A DNA stretch of 64,000 nucleotides from an uncultured Mailhella sp. (GTDB lineage: Bacteria; Desulfobacterota; Desulfovibrionia; Desulfovibrionales; Desulfovibrionaceae): assembly GCA_905192935.1 (NCBI GenBank), contig CAJJMX010000001.1, positions 35,837 to 99,836 on the forward strand. Reading direction: 5' to 3'. The first letter of the stretch is position 1; each line of letters starts with the position of its first letter. A model generated the notes under the pieces. The model saw only the letters and a list, made by a program, of their open reading frames with translations. It was not told where the DNA came from and ran no database searches. Below are positions 1 to 10,985 of the stretch, piece by piece. A program made the translations under genes and the position numbers.

Positions 1-99
1 GACGCCGTCCTTGTCCATGGCTTCAAGAACCTGGAGATAGGTGGCGAGCCGCTGAATAGTAGCGCGAGGAATGTGTTCGTATTTAGGAGTCTGGTTCAT
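1..99 (-). CDS. rex: Redox-sensing transcriptional repressor Rex, N-terminal fragment (runs off window start)
   Basis: Manual translation MNQTPKYEHIPRATIQRLATYLQVLEAMDKDGV matches the Rex N-terminal IPxATIxRLxxY motif; lies directly downstream of atpE. Confidence 0.88.
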   Translation of the reverse strand, partial: MNQTPKYEHIPRATIQRLATYLQVLEAMDKDGV

Positions 100-117
100 T
101 GTCTTGGCTGGCCGGTT

Positions 118-157
118 AAAAGAATAGGGGCGGAAAGGAATATATCCTCCCCGCCCG
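118..157 (-). terminator. Probable intrinsic terminator between atpE and rex
   Basis: Imperfect GC-rich stem GGGCGGGGAGGA/TCCTTTCCGCCC followed by TATTCTTTT on the minus strand. Confidence 0.5.
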
Positions 158-167
158 ATAAATGCAA

Positions 168-497
<330 letters not shown>

Positions 498-550
498 TTA
501 CAATTATGAGTGTTGAGGCCGTAAGGCCATTCCCCCGAAGTAAGGTCGGC

Positions 551-1276
551 TTAGTGGGCGTGTTCCACGGAGCCCTGGATGTAGATCATGGACAGGATGA
601 ACAGGATGAAGGCCTGCAGCACCTTGCCCAGGAGGAACAGGAAGTACATGGGCACCGTGCCGAGCAGCACGCCGACGTAGATGCTGGCGCCGAAGCCGAA
701 AAAGATGATGAGCGTCATTTCTTCCGCGAAGATGTTGCCGAAAAGACGGAGCGACATGGACAGCGGACGGGCCAGATGAGAGATGATTTCAATGGGGAAC
801 ATGAGGGGAATCAGCGGCTTGCTGGAGCCGGTGAAGTGATGGATGTATCCGAATCCCCAGGTGCGGATACCCACGTAATTGTAATAGATGAACACGCACA
901 GCGCGATGGAGATCGTGGTGTTCAGATTGGCGGTAGGAGCGTCGCAGCCGGGCACGAGACCCAGCAGGTTCATGGTGAGGACGTAGATGAAGATGGAGGC
1001 GAGCAGGGGCACGAAACGGCGGCCCTTTTCTTCGCCGAGGTTGTTCAGCACGAACTTTTCCAGCCCGTCCACGAGGGCTTCGAAGAAGATCTGGAACTTG
1101 CCGGGCACGAGGCTGAGCCTCTTGCGCAGCACAAGTCCGGTGATGAGCAGGATGGCCATGCCGAGCCAGGTAAAGAACACATACTTGGTTTCAATGGTCA
1201 TGCCCGCGACCGTGATCTGATCCATGTGGAAAATGGTCGACAAGAGAAGCGGGTGCGCCAGTCCAGATGCTGCCAT
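551..1276 (-). CDS. atpB: ATP synthase F0 subunit a
   Basis: PTANLN, RPLSMSLRLFGNIFAEE and LQAFI motifs; start set at MAASG behind a GGAGG RBS. Confidence 0.97.
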   Translation of the reverse strand: MAASGLAHPLLLSTIFHMDQITVAGMTIETKYVFFTWLGMAILLITGLVLRKRLSLVPGKFQIFFEALVDGLEKFVLNNLGEEKGRRFVPLLASIFIYVLTMNLLGLVPGCDAPTANLNTTISIALCVFIYYNYVGIRTWGFGYIHHFTGSSKPLIPLMFPIEIISHLARPLSMSLRLFGNIFAEEMTLIIFFGFGASIYVGVLLGTVPMYFLFLLGKVLQAFILFILSMIYIQGSVEHAH

Positions 1277-1305
1277 GGAAAACCTCCTGTATGTGCCCCA
1301 GGCTT

Positions 1306-1740
1306 TCAACCCCGGAAAATCAGAGAGACCGGAATGATTATCATCGCCGTGGAAAGACCGGCCGCAAGAGCCGCCGGACTCGCCTGAAAAAAGACTAATG
1401 CTATATACACGAAAATTCCGGTAATGAAAAGCCTCAATTGCGATCTGATGAGCAAACCTTTTTTCACAATGCGGGCGCGGGAAAGGCCGTTCTTGTCGTC
1501 ACCGGGTATGGAAGCGGGGAGAACCTGCTGGATAAAAAGGGCAAGAGTATAAAAATTCCAGAATGATAGCACTGACATGACCGCGCACCAGAGCACGGCT
1601 CCGCACCACGGAAGAAGGACGAGTCCCGCCGCAAAAAGAATCACGGAAAAAAGAAAAAGGTTCCTCGCCGCCCGACGCAGAGGCGCGTGAATGAATCCGC
1701 TTCTCCACAGACGGCGGTCCACTTGTTCAATTATGCTCAT
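1306..1740 (-). CDS. atpI: ATP synthase subunit I-like membrane protein
   Basis: About four hydrophobic segments, directly upstream of atpB. Confidence 0.7.
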   Translation of the reverse strand: MSIIEQVDRRLWRSGFIHAPLRRAARNLFLFSVILFAAGLVLLPWCGAVLWCAVMSVLSFWNFYTLALFIQQVLPASIPGDDKNGLSRARIVKKGLLIRSQLRLFITGIFVYIALVFFQASPAALAAGLSTAMIIIPVSLIFRG

Positions 1741-2263
1741 GCTCGTCCTTTTTCCCCTCTTCCTCGTATTCCCGAAGTTCCCGGCGCAGGGCCTCAAGCG
1801 ACTCGCCGAGCCTGTCGAGATCACGTTCCGAAGGATCCGCCGTTCCCGCGAGTATGGAGGCCGTCAAATCGTCCTTGCGCGCATCATCGCCTTCCTGCGA
1901 GGTGACGGACGAAGCGCTGTCCGGCACGAGGGCGGCCCGCGCTCCGTCCGGTGCAGAAGCTTTGCGCGTCCTGTCCCCTTCCTTTCTTTGCGCCTCTCTT
2001 CTGGCCTTTTCCGCCGCGTCGCGCTCGGCGTTGCTCCTTGCCAGATAGCGGGCGTCTATCCACACGTTGCGGAAGCCCGCGGCAAGGCCGAGCAGCAGCC
2101 CCACGGCCGCGCCCACGGGCCACGAGCCGAGCCACTTGTCCACCAGCCAGCCGAGCACGCCGCCGACGATGGGACCGGAAACCATGTGAAGCCCCATGGT
2201 GCTGGCCGTGCCGAGCAGACTTATCTGCCCCTTCGGTTCACTCTCTTTTTTCTCCTGACTCAC
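1727..2263 (-). CDS. AtpZ/AtpI-family protein with long charged C-terminal tail
   Basis: MGLHMVSGPIVGGVLGWLVDKWLGSWP...GLAAGFRNV hairpin typical of the first atp operon gene. Confidence 0.8.
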   Translation of the reverse strand: MSQEKKESEPKGQISLLGTASTMGLHMVSGPIVGGVLGWLVDKWLGSWPVGAAVGLLLGLAAGFRNVWIDARYLARSNAERDAAEKARREAQRKEGDRTRKASAPDGARAALVPDSASSVTSQEGDDARKDDLTASILAGTADPSERDLDRLGESLEALRRELREYEEEGKKDEHEHN

Positions 2264-2435
2264 TGCGGGCCTCCATCCATTAAATGCGCTTGGAGTTGGA
2301 CGCTGTCTGTGTTAGGTATCGTCCTGTGCCGATGCCGTCAATCAGAAAGGCCGCAGCCCTTCCGCCACAGTCCTCTGCGGCAAAGACGGTTTCGTGCCGC
2401 CCTTTTTCCTTCAACACTCTTCCACAGAGGTTCTC

Positions 2436-2858
2436 ATGCCCATTAAAACCGGCGACACTGTTTCTGTCCATTATGTTGGCACTCTGAACGACGGTTCCGA
2501 GTTCGACCGCTCCCGCGAGGGCAGCCCCCTGCGCTTCAAGGTCGGCTCGGGCCAGGTGATTTCCGGCTTCGACAAGGCCGTGACCGGTCATGAAGTCGGC
2601 GACAAGTTCTCCGTGACCATTCCCGCAGCGGAAGCCTACGGTGAAAGACAGCAGCAGCTTCTCTTCTCCGTTCCTCTGGATAAGGTGCCGCCCTCCATCA
2701 AGCCGCAGGTGGGCATGATGCTCCACGTTTCCACCGATCAGGGGGAACTGGAAGTCGCCGTCCATGAAGTGACCGACAAGCATATCGTGCTCGACGCCAA
2801 CCATCCCATGGCGGGCAAGGACCTCACCTTTGCGCTGGAAATCGTTTCCATAGACTGA
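2436..2858 (+). CDS. slyD: FKBP-type peptidyl-prolyl isomerase (SlyD-like, no His-rich tail)
   Basis: VSVHYVGTLNDGSEFD, AYGE, DANHPMAGKDLTF motifs. Confidence 0.9.
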   Translation: MPIKTGDTVSVHYVGTLNDGSEFDRSREGSPLRFKVGSGQVISGFDKAVTGHEVGDKFSVTIPAAEAYGERQQQLLFSVPLDKVPPSIKPQVGMMLHVSTDQGELEVAVHEVTDKHIVLDANHPMAGKDLTFALEIVSID

Positions 2859-2935
2859 TCATCGGGGCATGAGCCCCTTTCTGACGACACAGGGCCCGCA
2901 TGACGGGCCGATTATCTTTCTTTCAAGGAGTTCGC

Positions 2936-5155
2936 ATGAGTTCTGCCAACGCCAGCCGCAGTCATGCCGTTCTTTCCGTTGCCACCAGGCGTCATGACGC
3001 GGAATTCATCGCGGGCGGCCACACTTCGGCAACCGACGCCCACACCGACCCCACCGAATATTACGGCTGCAACGTCTTTGACGACAAGGCCATGCGGCGC
3101 TATCTGCCCAAGGCCGTGTACAAGTCGCTGCGCACCACCATCGACCTCGGCAGACGCCTCGATCCCGCCGTGGCCGACGTGGTGGCCAACGCCATGAAGT
3201 CCTGGGCCATGGAACGCGGCGCAGATCACTACACCCACGTCTTCTATCCCCTCACCGGCCTCACCGCGGAAAAGCACGACAGCTTCCTCGATCCCGACGG
3301 CAAGGGCGGCGCCCTCGCCCAGTTCAGCGGCAGCGCCCTCGTCCAGGGCGAAGCCGACGGTTCAAGCTTCCCCTCCGGCGGACTCCGCTCCACCTTCGAG
3401 GCGCGCGGCTACACGGCCTGGGACGTGACGAGCCCCGCCTATCTCATGGAAAGCCCCGCGGGCATGGTGCTGTGCATTCCCACGGTGTTCCTCTCCTGGA
3501 CGGGCATAGCCCTCGACAAGAAGACCCCCGTCCTGCGCGCAAGCCAGGCCCTGAATCAGCAGGCCGCCCGCGTGCTGCGCCTGTTCGGCATGAATCCCAC
3601 CATGCCCATCACCTCCAACGGCGGCCTTGAGCAGGAATACTTCCTCATCGACGGCACCTTCGTATCCGCCAGACCCGACCTTCTCATCGCCGGACGGGCC
3701 CTCTACGGCGCGCGTCCTCCCAAGGGACAGGAATTCGAGGACCAGTACTACGGCGTCATTCCGAGCCGCGTGCTCGGCTTCATGGCCGATGTCGAGCGCC
3801 AGCTCTACCGTCTCGGCATCCCGGTGAAGACCCGTCACAACGAAGTGGCTCCGAGTCAGTACGAGATCGCCCCCACCTTCGAGTCCGGCAACCTGGCCTG
3901 CGACCACAACCAGCTCATCATGACGGTGCTGCGCAAGACCGCCCGCCGTCACGGCATGTCCTGCCTTCTGCACGAAAAGCCCTTCGACTGCATCAACGGC
4001 TCGGGCAAGCATCTCAACTACTCCATCGGCAGCCCCGAGGTGGGCAATCTCTTCGCCCCGGGCGACAATCCTCATGAAAACGCCCAGTTCCTCGTATTCC
4101 TGTGCGCCGTCATCCGCGGTCTGCACCGTCATGCGGGCTTTTTGCGTGCCGTGGTGGCCTCGGCGTCCAACGACAGGCGTCTCGGCGCCAATGAAGCGCC
4201 GCCCGCCATCATGTCCCTGTTCCTCGGCGATCAGCTCACCGACGTGCTCGAGCAGTTCCGCGTGGGACAGGTGGTCGGCTCCGCCCACAAGCGCATGATG
4301 AACGTGGGCGTGGACACCCTGCCCCCGCTGCCCGCCGATCCCGGCGACCGCAACCGCACGAGCCCCTTCGCCTTCGTGGGCAACCGCTTCGAGTTCCGCG
4401 CCCTCGGCTCCTCCATGTCCGCCGCCGACTCCCTCGTGGTGCTCAACACCATGATGGCCGAATCCCTGGACTACGCCGCGACCTTCCTTGAAAACGCCAT
4501 GCACGGCGAGCATCTCACCCTCGGCGAAGCCGTGCAGAAGCTCATCGAGAACGTGATGGAGGAAGACAGCGCCGTCATCTTCAACGGCAACGGCTATTCC
4601 GAGATCTGGCAGAAAGAGGCCGAGCGCCGCGGACTGCCCAACTACCCCGCCACGCCCGACGCCGTGCCCGTGTTCTCCTCGCCGGAAGTGGTGGGCCTGT
4701 GCGAGCGCTACCAGGTCTTCTCCCGTCAGGAACTCAAGGCCCGCGAGGACATCCAGCTCGAGCAGTACATCAAGACCGTGCACACCGAGTGCAGCCTTGC
4801 CATACGCATGGCCCGCACGCAGATATACCCCGCAGCCGTGCGTTATCGTCAGGAACTCGCCTCGTCCCTCGCTTCCTGCACGGCCCTCGGCGTGCCCGCC
4901 TCCCCCGATTCTCTGAAGGAGCTTGCCGACGTCATCGCCGGATTCGAATCTTCGCTGCACATGCTTGAGGAAAGAGCCGGAGAGCTCAACTGGACGCCTG
5001 AAGAGGAGCAGCTTCTGTCCGTGGCCCGGACCTGCCAGCACGTCGTGCTTCCCGCCATGGAAGAGCTCCGTCACTGGGCGGACAGGCTGGAAACCATGGT
5101 AGCCGACGACCTCTGGCCGCTGCCCAGCTACCAGGAAATGCTGTTCATGAAATAA
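2936..5155 (+). CDS. glnA: Glutamine synthetase type III
   Basis: ~740 aa; [62 protein letters not shown] motifs. Confidence 0.95.
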   Translation: MSSANASRSHAVLSVATRRHDAEFIAGGHTSATDAHTDPTEYYGCNVFDDKAMRRYLPKAVYKSLRTTIDLGRRLDPAVADVVANAMKSWAMERGADHYTHVFYPLTGLTAEKHDSFLDPDGKGGALAQFSGSALVQGEADGSSFPSGGLRSTFEARGYTAWDVTSPAYLMESPAGMVLCIPTVFLSWTGIALDKKTPVLRASQALNQQAARVLRLFGMNPTMPITSNGGLEQEYFLIDGTFVSARPDLLIAGRALYGARPPKGQEFEDQYYGVIPSRVLGFMADVERQLYRLGIPVKTRHNEVAPSQYEIAPTFESGNLACDHNQLIMTVLRKTARRHGMSCLLHEKPFDCINGSGKHLNYSIGSPEVGNLFAPGDNPHENAQFLVFLCAVIRGLHRHAGFLRAVVASASNDRRLGANEAPPAIMSLFLGDQLTDVLEQFRVGQVVGSAHKRMMNVGVDTLPPLPADPGDRNRTSPFAFVGNRFEFRALGSSMSAADSLVVLNTMMAESLDYAATFLENAMHGEHLTLGEAVQKLIENVMEEDSAVIFNGNGYSEIWQKEAERRGLPNYPATPDAVPVFSSPEVVGLCERYQVFSRQELKAREDIQLEQYIKTVHTECSLAIRMARTQIYPAAVRYRQELASSLASCTALGVPASPDSLKELADVIAGFESSLHMLEERAGELNWTPEEEQLLSVARTCQHVVLPAMEELRHWADRLETMVADDLWPLPSYQEMLFMK

Positions 5156-5167
5156 GGAAGGTTCCCC

Positions 5168-6451
5168 ATGCGCATACTCATCATAGGCTCCGGCGGGCGT
5201 GAACACGCCCTGGCCTGGAAACTCAGCCTGCGTCCGGACGTGACCGAACTGTTCGTCGCCCCCGGCAACGGCGGCACGGCCGGCATAGCCACCAACGTGG
5301 ACATCAAGGACAACGACATTCCCGCCCTTGTGGCCTTTGCCAGGGAAAAGGCCGTGGATCTCGTGGTTCCCGGCCCCGAGCTTCCCCTCACGCTCGGCGT
5401 CGTGGACGCCATGAAGGAAGCGGGCATTCCCTGCTTCGGTCCCGTGGCCGCCTGCGCCAGACTCGAGGGCAGCAAGGCCTTCGCCAAGGAAGTCATGCAT
5501 GCGGCGGGCGTACCCACCGCGGCGGCGGGCGTGTTCACGAACCGCGCCGATGCCGAAGCCTTCGTGGCCTCTCACGGCGCTCCGCTCGTCATCAAGGCCG
5601 ACGGTCTGGCCGCCGGCAAGGGCGTCATCGTGGCCATGACGGACGAGGAAGTGAAGGCGGCGCTCGATCTCATGTTCGAAAAGAGCGCCTTCGGCGACGC
5701 GGGCAGCACCGTGCTCATCGAGGAATTCCTCAAGGGCGAAGAAGTCTCTCTCCTGTGCTTCTGCGACGGCAAAACCGCCCTTCCTCTGCCCTCCGCCCAG
5801 GATCACAAGGCCGTGTTCGACGGCGACAAGGGCCCCAACACCGGCGGCATGGGCGCCTACAGCCCTGCGCCCGTTCTGCCCGACGAAAAGCTCGACGCCA
5901 TGGCCGACATCGTGACCCGTCCCATTCTTGCCGAAATGACTCGCCGCGGCACGCCCTTCACCGGCATCCTGTACGCCGGACTCATGATGACCGCCGACGG
6001 TCCCAAGGTGCTCGAATACAACGTGCGCTTCGGCGATCCCGAATGTCAGCCGCTGCTCATGCGCCTCAAGAACGATCTTGCCGACGTCATGACGGCGTGC
6101 ATCGAAGGCCGCCTCGACTCCATCAAGCTGGACATTGAGGACCGCTCCGCCCTCGGCGTGGTGCTCACCTCGGCGGGCTATCCCGGCTCCTATCCCAAGG
6201 GCATGCCCATTTCGGGCATCGAAGAGGCCGAGGCCATGGACGATGTCAAGGTCTTCCAGGCCGGAACCCGCAGGGACGGCGACCGCATCCTGGCAAACGG
6301 CGGCCGCGTTCTGTGCGTCACCGCACTCGGCCGGGACCTCAAGGAAGCTCAGAAGCGCGCCTACGAAGGCCTCGATCACCTTACCATGGAACACAGCCAG
6401 TTCCGCAGCGACATCGGCCGGAAGGGCCTCCGGCATCTCAATCTCGCCTGA
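5168..6451 (+). CDS. purD: Phosphoribosylamine--glycine ligase
   Basis: GSGGREHALAW, KADGLAAGKGV, GPNTGGMGAY, EYNVRFGDPE. Confidence 0.98.
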   Translation: MRILIIGSGGREHALAWKLSLRPDVTELFVAPGNGGTAGIATNVDIKDNDIPALVAFAREKAVDLVVPGPELPLTLGVVDAMKEAGIPCFGPVAACARLEGSKAFAKEVMHAAGVPTAAAGVFTNRADAEAFVASHGAPLVIKADGLAAGKGVIVAMTDEEVKAALDLMFEKSAFGDAGSTVLIEEFLKGEEVSLLCFCDGKTALPLPSAQDHKAVFDGDKGPNTGGMGAYSPAPVLPDEKLDAMADIVTRPILAEMTRRGTPFTGILYAGLMMTADGPKVLEYNVRFGDPECQPLLMRLKNDLADVMTACIEGRLDSIKLDIEDRSALGVVLTSAGYPGSYPKGMPISGIEEAEAMDDVKVFQAGTRRDGDRILANGGRVLCVTALGRDLKEAQKRAYEGLDHLTMEHSQFRSDIGRKGLRHLNLA

Positions 6452-6467
6452 TTTTCCCTTTCACCCT

Positions 6468-6498
6468 GCACAGGAAGAGCCGACGGCTCTTCCTGTGC
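6468..6498. repeat. Perfect 14-bp inverted repeat between purD and purE (no U-tract)
   Basis: GCACAGGAAGAGCC-gac-GGCTCTTCCTGTGC. Confidence 0.7.
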
Positions 6499-6535
6499 GG
6501 CGGGCCTTCGCCCGTCATGCATCAAGGATTCTCCC

Positions 6536-7030
6536 ATGACTCAAGTTGCCATTTTCATCGGCTCCGCCTCCGACGACGCCGTCGTGAGCCCCTGCGCCGA
6601 CGTGCTTAAAAAGCTCGGCATTTCCTACCGCTACACCATCACCTCGGCCCACCGCACTCCCGAGCGCACCGAAGAGCTCATGAAGGAGCTCGAAGCCGAC
6701 GGCTGTCAGGTCTACATCTGCGCCGCAGGCATGGCCGCGCATCTGGCCGGAGCCGTGGCCGCCCGTACCATAAAGCCCGTCATCGGCATTCCGGTGGCAG
6801 GCTCGACCATCGGCGGCCTCGACGCCCTCTACGCCACGGTGCAGATGCCTTCCGGCTTCCCCGTGGCCACGGTGGCCCTGAACGGCGCAAAGAACGCCGC
6901 CTGGCTTGCCGCCCAGATCATCGCCCTGCACGACGAGCGCGTGGCCGGTCTCATCCGCGCCGAAAGAGAAGGCTACAAGGCCTCCGTCAGCAAGGCTGCC
7001 GCCGAGCTCGAAGCCAGACACGGCGCGTAA
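6536..7030 (+). CDS. purE: N5-carboxyaminoimidazole ribonucleotide mutase
   Basis: [35 protein letters not shown]. Confidence 0.97.
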   Translation: MTQVAIFIGSASDDAVVSPCADVLKKLGISYRYTITSAHRTPERTEELMKELEADGCQVYICAAGMAAHLAGAVAARTIKPVIGIPVAGSTIGGLDALYATVQMPSGFPVATVALNGAKNAAWLAAQIIALHDERVAGLIRAEREGYKASVSKAAAELEARHGA

Positions 7031-7113
7031 TTCCGTTTCGCCCTCTTCCGTTCCGGCCGCGCCTTCGGACTGTCCGGAACCGCACATCCTTTTACCGTAC
7101 AGGAGAGATGACC

Positions 7114-8145
7114 ATGGACGCATCCATCAAACAGCTTGCCCGTGAACGCATGAAGGGCCACTGCCGCGTCTGCCCGCAGTGCGACGGCCGCGCCTGCTCC
7201 GGCGAAGTGCCCGGCATGGGCGGCCTCGGCACCGGTTCCTCCTTCCGCGCCAATGTGGAAGCTCTGGCCAGAGTGAAGCTCGCCATGCGCTGCCTCCACA
7301 CCGCGGCCCAGCCCGACACCTCCACCGAGATACTCGGACTCAAGCTTGCCCTGCCCCTTCTTGCCGCCCCCATCGGCGGCGTAGCCTTCAACATGGGCGA
7401 CGCCTCCCAGAATCCCGTGGATGAAGCCGCCTATGCCGAAGCCGTGATCTGCGGCTCCAAAAAGGCGGGCATCATCGGCTGCGGCGGCGACGGCGTGGGC
7501 TCTCTCATCCCCGACTGCGCCTTTGCCGCCGTCCGCAAGGCCGAAGGCTGGGGCATTCCCTTCATCAAGCCCTGGGAAGGCGATTTTCTGTGGAACAGAC
7601 TGGACGCCGCCACGGCCACGGGCTGCCCCGTGGTGGGCATGGACGTGGACGCCGCAGGCCTTGTGACCCTGCGTCTGCAGGGCCGTCCCGTGGCCCCCAA
7701 GAGCGCGGAGGAACTGACCGAAATCGCCAAGTTCGTGCATGAACGCGGCGCGAAGTTCATGATCAAGGGCGTGATGACCGTGGCCGATGCCCGCATCGCC
7801 ATCGACGCCGGCGTGGACGCCATCGTGGTCTCCAACCACGGCGGCCGCGTGCTCGACGGCACGCCCGGCGGCGCCGACGTGCTGCCCGGCATTGCCGCGG
7901 CCGTGGGCGACCGCATCCCCGTCCTGGCCGACGGCGGCGTACGCTCCGGCACCGACGTGCTCAAGCTCCTGGCTCTCGGCGCGAAGGCCGTGCTCATCGG
8001 CCGTCCCTTCTCCGTGGCCGCCATCGGCGGACAGACCGACGGCGTGGCCGCCTACGTGGCGGAAATCAAGGGACAGCTCACCTCGGCCATGGCCCTCACC
8101 GGCTGTGCCGACATCGCGTCCGTAAGCTCCGACATCCTGGCCTGA
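7114..8145 (+). CDS. FMN-dependent alpha-hydroxy-acid dehydrogenase/oxidase (L-lactate dehydrogenase-like)
   Basis: VVSNHGGRVLD, DGGVRSGTDVLK, IGRP motifs; N-terminal CxxCxxCxGxxC; alternative start 7108. Confidence 0.9.
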   Translation: MDASIKQLARERMKGHCRVCPQCDGRACSGEVPGMGGLGTGSSFRANVEALARVKLAMRCLHTAAQPDTSTEILGLKLALPLLAAPIGGVAFNMGDASQNPVDEAAYAEAVICGSKKAGIIGCGGDGVGSLIPDCAFAAVRKAEGWGIPFIKPWEGDFLWNRLDAATATGCPVVGMDVDAAGLVTLRLQGRPVAPKSAEELTEIAKFVHERGAKFMIKGVMTVADARIAIDAGVDAIVVSNHGGRVLDGTPGGADVLPGIAAAVGDRIPVLADGGVRSGTDVLKLLALGAKAVLIGRPFSVAAIGGQTDGVAAYVAEIKGQLTSAMALTGCADIASVSSDILA

Positions 8146-8272
8146 TTCTCCGGGCCGGTCCGAAAAAACGGACCGGCCCCGTCAATCATGCCCTTCCGCC
8201 GCGGTCTGCCTCAACGCAGACCTCCCGCCTTCCGGCAGAACAGGACGAAAGAACACCATCTCATCTCGGCAC

Positions 8273-8653
8273 ATGATACAAGGCACAGGATTCGACCTCG
8301 CGGCCCTGCCGCGCATCAGAACGCTGCTTGAGCGCTACGGCGAGCGCTTCGTCCGCCGCGTGCTCACGGACAGAGAACGCGAAAAGCTCCCTTCCGCCCC
8401 TTCGGGCCGCACGGCCTATGTGGCCGGGCGCTTCGCCGCCAAGGAGGCGGCCGTGAAGGCTCTCGGCACCGGTTTCTCCCAGGGCATCGGCATGCACGAC
8501 GTGGAGATTCTCTCCTCTGATTCCGGCAGACCGCATCTTCTTCTTCACGGCGAAGCCGCGGCACAGGCCGGACGCCTGGGCATAACGGCCCTGCACGTGT
8601 CCATTTCCCACGAGCGCGACGTGGCCGGAGCCGTGGTCATTCTGGAATCCTGA
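8273..8653 (+). CDS. acpS: Holo-[acyl-carrier-protein] synthase
   Basis: GTGFDL, AGRFAAKEAAVKALGTG, VSISHE. Confidence 0.95.
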   Translation: MIQGTGFDLAALPRIRTLLERYGERFVRRVLTDREREKLPSAPSGRTAYVAGRFAAKEAAVKALGTGFSQGIGMHDVEILSSDSGRPHLLLHGEAAAQAGRLGITALHVSISHERDVAGAVVILES

Positions 8654-8758
8654 ACGAAATTTCCGCCCTCCGACGGAAGGCAGGCCGTCCGACGGCCGCA
8701 TTTTCTTTCTTTGCATGCGCGGCATGACCGTTTCCGCCTGCCGCACAGGAGGAACATC

Positions 8759-10423
8759 ATGTTCGTACCCGTTACCGCCCCGGAAGAAATGGCCCGGTGG
8801 GACGCCGCGGCCATAAGCTCGGGGATCTCTGAAGAAACTCTCATGGAAAATGCGGCCCGCGCCGCCATGGACTCCCTGCGCGGACAGGCCGCGAAACGCG
8901 GCGTCTCTCTCTCCGGCTCTTCCGTGCTTCTTCTGGCAGGCGGCGGCAACAACGGCGGCGACGCCTTCTGCATGGCCCGTCATCTTCTGGATGCCGGCGC
9001 AAAGCCCGTGCTCATATGCACCCGTGACGCGGAGCAGTACCGCGGCGCGGCCTCCCACTGGCTGCGCACGGCCCAGAATCTCGGCGTGCCCGTCTTTTCC
9101 GCCGACGCCTGGGAAAAAGGAGAAGCCGACGTGCCGGCAAGACCGGACATCGTGGTGGACGGTCTTCTCGGCACGGGCTTTCACGGCGACCTTCGCGAGA
9201 AGGAAAAAAGGCTTGTGGAAAGACTGAACGGCCTCGACGCCCGTCTCGTGCTTGCCGTCGATATTCCTTCGGGACTCTCCGCCCGCACGGGCCGCCCCTC
9301 GCCCGTGGCCGTGCGCGCTCACGTCACCGTCACCTTTCAGGCCGCCAAGCCCGGCCTGCTCCTGCCCGAAGCCCACGAGTTCACCGGAGAGCTCGAAGTT
9401 CGTCCCATAGGCATGCCGAGACGCGTGCAGGAGGAAAATCCTCCCTCGTTCCGCACCTGGCTCACCACGCACCCGAACAAATTCGACCGTGGCGCTCCCT
9501 ATGTTCTGGAATACGGCGTCTGCCCGCGCATCAAAGCGCTTTTCGACGCCCCGCTCCTTCCTTCCTCCGCAGGCCCGGCCCACAAGGGCGCGGCGGGAAG
9601 GGTCCTCGTGGCCGGAGGAAGCGCCGCCTACACGGGCGCTCCCTGTCTTGCGGCCTGGGCTGCGCTCCGCGCGGGAGCGGGACTCGTCACGCTGGCAGGC
9701 CCGAAAAACGTGCTCGACGCCGCCTCCCTTTCCATGCCGGCGCTGACGCTGCGCGCGCTCTCCGGCAAGGCTCAGGACGAAGACTGGTGCGCAGAAGACG
9801 CCAGAGTTCTTGCCGAGGTCCTTCCCACCTACGGCGCTCTCGTGTTCGGCCCGGGCCTCGGACGCAGCCGGGGCGCCTTTGAATTTACCCGCGCGCTCAT
9901 GTGCCTTCCCCACAGGCCGCCCATGGTGCTCGATGCCGACGCCCTGTTCGCTCTGGCCGGGGAGCCCGAGCTTCTCGCGCAGCTGCGCCCCTGCGACGTG
10001 CTGACGCCGCACCCGGGCGAGGCGGCCACGCTTCTCGGCATGAGCGTGCGCGACGTGCAGGCCGACCGCTTCGCCGCGCTTTCGGCCCTCTCCGCCCTGG
10101 CTCCCGCCGTATGGGTGCTCAAGGGAGAAGGCACGCTCATCGCCTCCCCGGGAGAACCTTCCGTCATTTCTCCCTGGATGGTCCCTCAGCTCGCCGTGGC
10201 CGGTTCCGGCGACGTGCTTGCAGGCATCACGGGAGCGCTTCTGGCCCGCGGCCGCAAGGCTCCGCTTGCCGCCACGCTCGGCGTGTGGCTCCACGCCCTT
10301 GCGGGAATGCATCTCTCACGCGAATTTCCCATGCGCGGCAACGGCCCGCATGACATAGCCAACACCCTGCCCGCCGTGCTCGGTCTGGCAGGCGACCCGG
10401 GGGAATCATGCCCATCCTTCTGA
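8759..10423 (+). CDS. nnr: Bifunctional NAD(P)H-hydrate epimerase/dehydratase
   Basis: LMENAA, GNNGGD, VDIPSG (YjeF-N); HKGAAG, LDADAL, LTPHPGEA, AGSGDVLAG (YjeF-C). Confidence 0.93.
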   Translation: MFVPVTAPEEMARWDAAAISSGISEETLMENAARAAMDSLRGQAAKRGVSLSGSSVLLLAGGGNNGGDAFCMARHLLDAGAKPVLICTRDAEQYRGAASHWLRTAQNLGVPVFSADAWEKGEADVPARPDIVVDGLLGTGFHGDLREKEKRLVERLNGLDARLVLAVDIPSGLSARTGRPSPVAVRAHVTVTFQAAKPGLLLPEAHEFTGELEVRPIGMPRRVQEENPPSFRTWLTTHPNKFDRGAPYVLEYGVCPRIKALFDAPLLPSSAGPAHKGAAGRVLVAGGSAAYTGAPCLAAWAALRAGAGLVTLAGPKNVLDAASLSMPALTLRALSGKAQDEDWCAEDARVLAEVLPTYGALVFGPGLGRSRGAFEFTRALMCLPHRPPMVLDADALFALAGEPELLAQLRPCDVLTPHPGEAATLLGMSVRDVQADRFAALSALSALAPAVWVLKGEGTLIASPGEPSVISPWMVPQLAVAGSGDVLAGITGALLARGRKAPLAATLGVWLHALAGMHLSREFPMRGNGPHDIANTLPAVLGLAGDPGESCPSF

Positions 10424-10953
10424 AAAGTCCCGAGGACACCATGGAGCTCGGCGCGCTGCTTGCGCAGGCCATGACGGACTCCTCCCTCCGCACGCTCTAT
10501 CTTTTCGCGGATCTCGGCGGAGGCAAGACCACCTTCACGCGAGGCTTCGTTTCCGCCCTTCAGGGCGGAGAAAACGCCGAAGTGGCAAGCCCGAGCTTTA
10601 CGCTGTGCAACGTCTATCCCACAAGCCCCGAAGTGCTGCACGCCGACCTCTACCGACTCTCCGAGGGCGCGACGCTCCCTGAAGAAATGGAGGAAATGCT
10701 GGAGGAAGGCGATCCCTTTCTCATCCTTGAATGGCCGCAGTATCTGGCCGCCGACCGCTACGCTCCAGAAAGGCTCGACATTCATCTTGCTCCCGTACAG
10801 GGAAACGAGGCGAAAGCTCTGGACAAGACTGAAGAATCATGCAAAACTTTTCGGCTGGCAACGATTGAAGCCCGCGGCGAAGCGGCCGAAAAGCTTCTGA
10901 GCGAACTCGTGGACCGGCTCGAAAAGCGTTTTCTGCCCGTCAACGAGGCTTAA
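10408..10953 (+). CDS. tsaE: tRNA threonylcarbamoyladenosine biosynthesis ATPase
   Basis: DLGGGKTTF Walker A, SPSFTL, HADLYRL, LEWP; follows nnr. Confidence 0.93.
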   Translation: MPILLKSPEDTMELGALLAQAMTDSSLRTLYLFADLGGGKTTFTRGFVSALQGGENAEVASPSFTLCNVYPTSPEVLHADLYRLSEGATLPEEMEEMLEEGDPFLILEWPQYLAADRYAPERLDIHLAPVQGNEAKALDKTEESCKTFRLATIEARGEAAEKLLSELVDRLEKRFLPVNEA

Positions 10954-10985
10954 CCGTTCCTTATCTCCTTTTTTCAGGATGTCCT

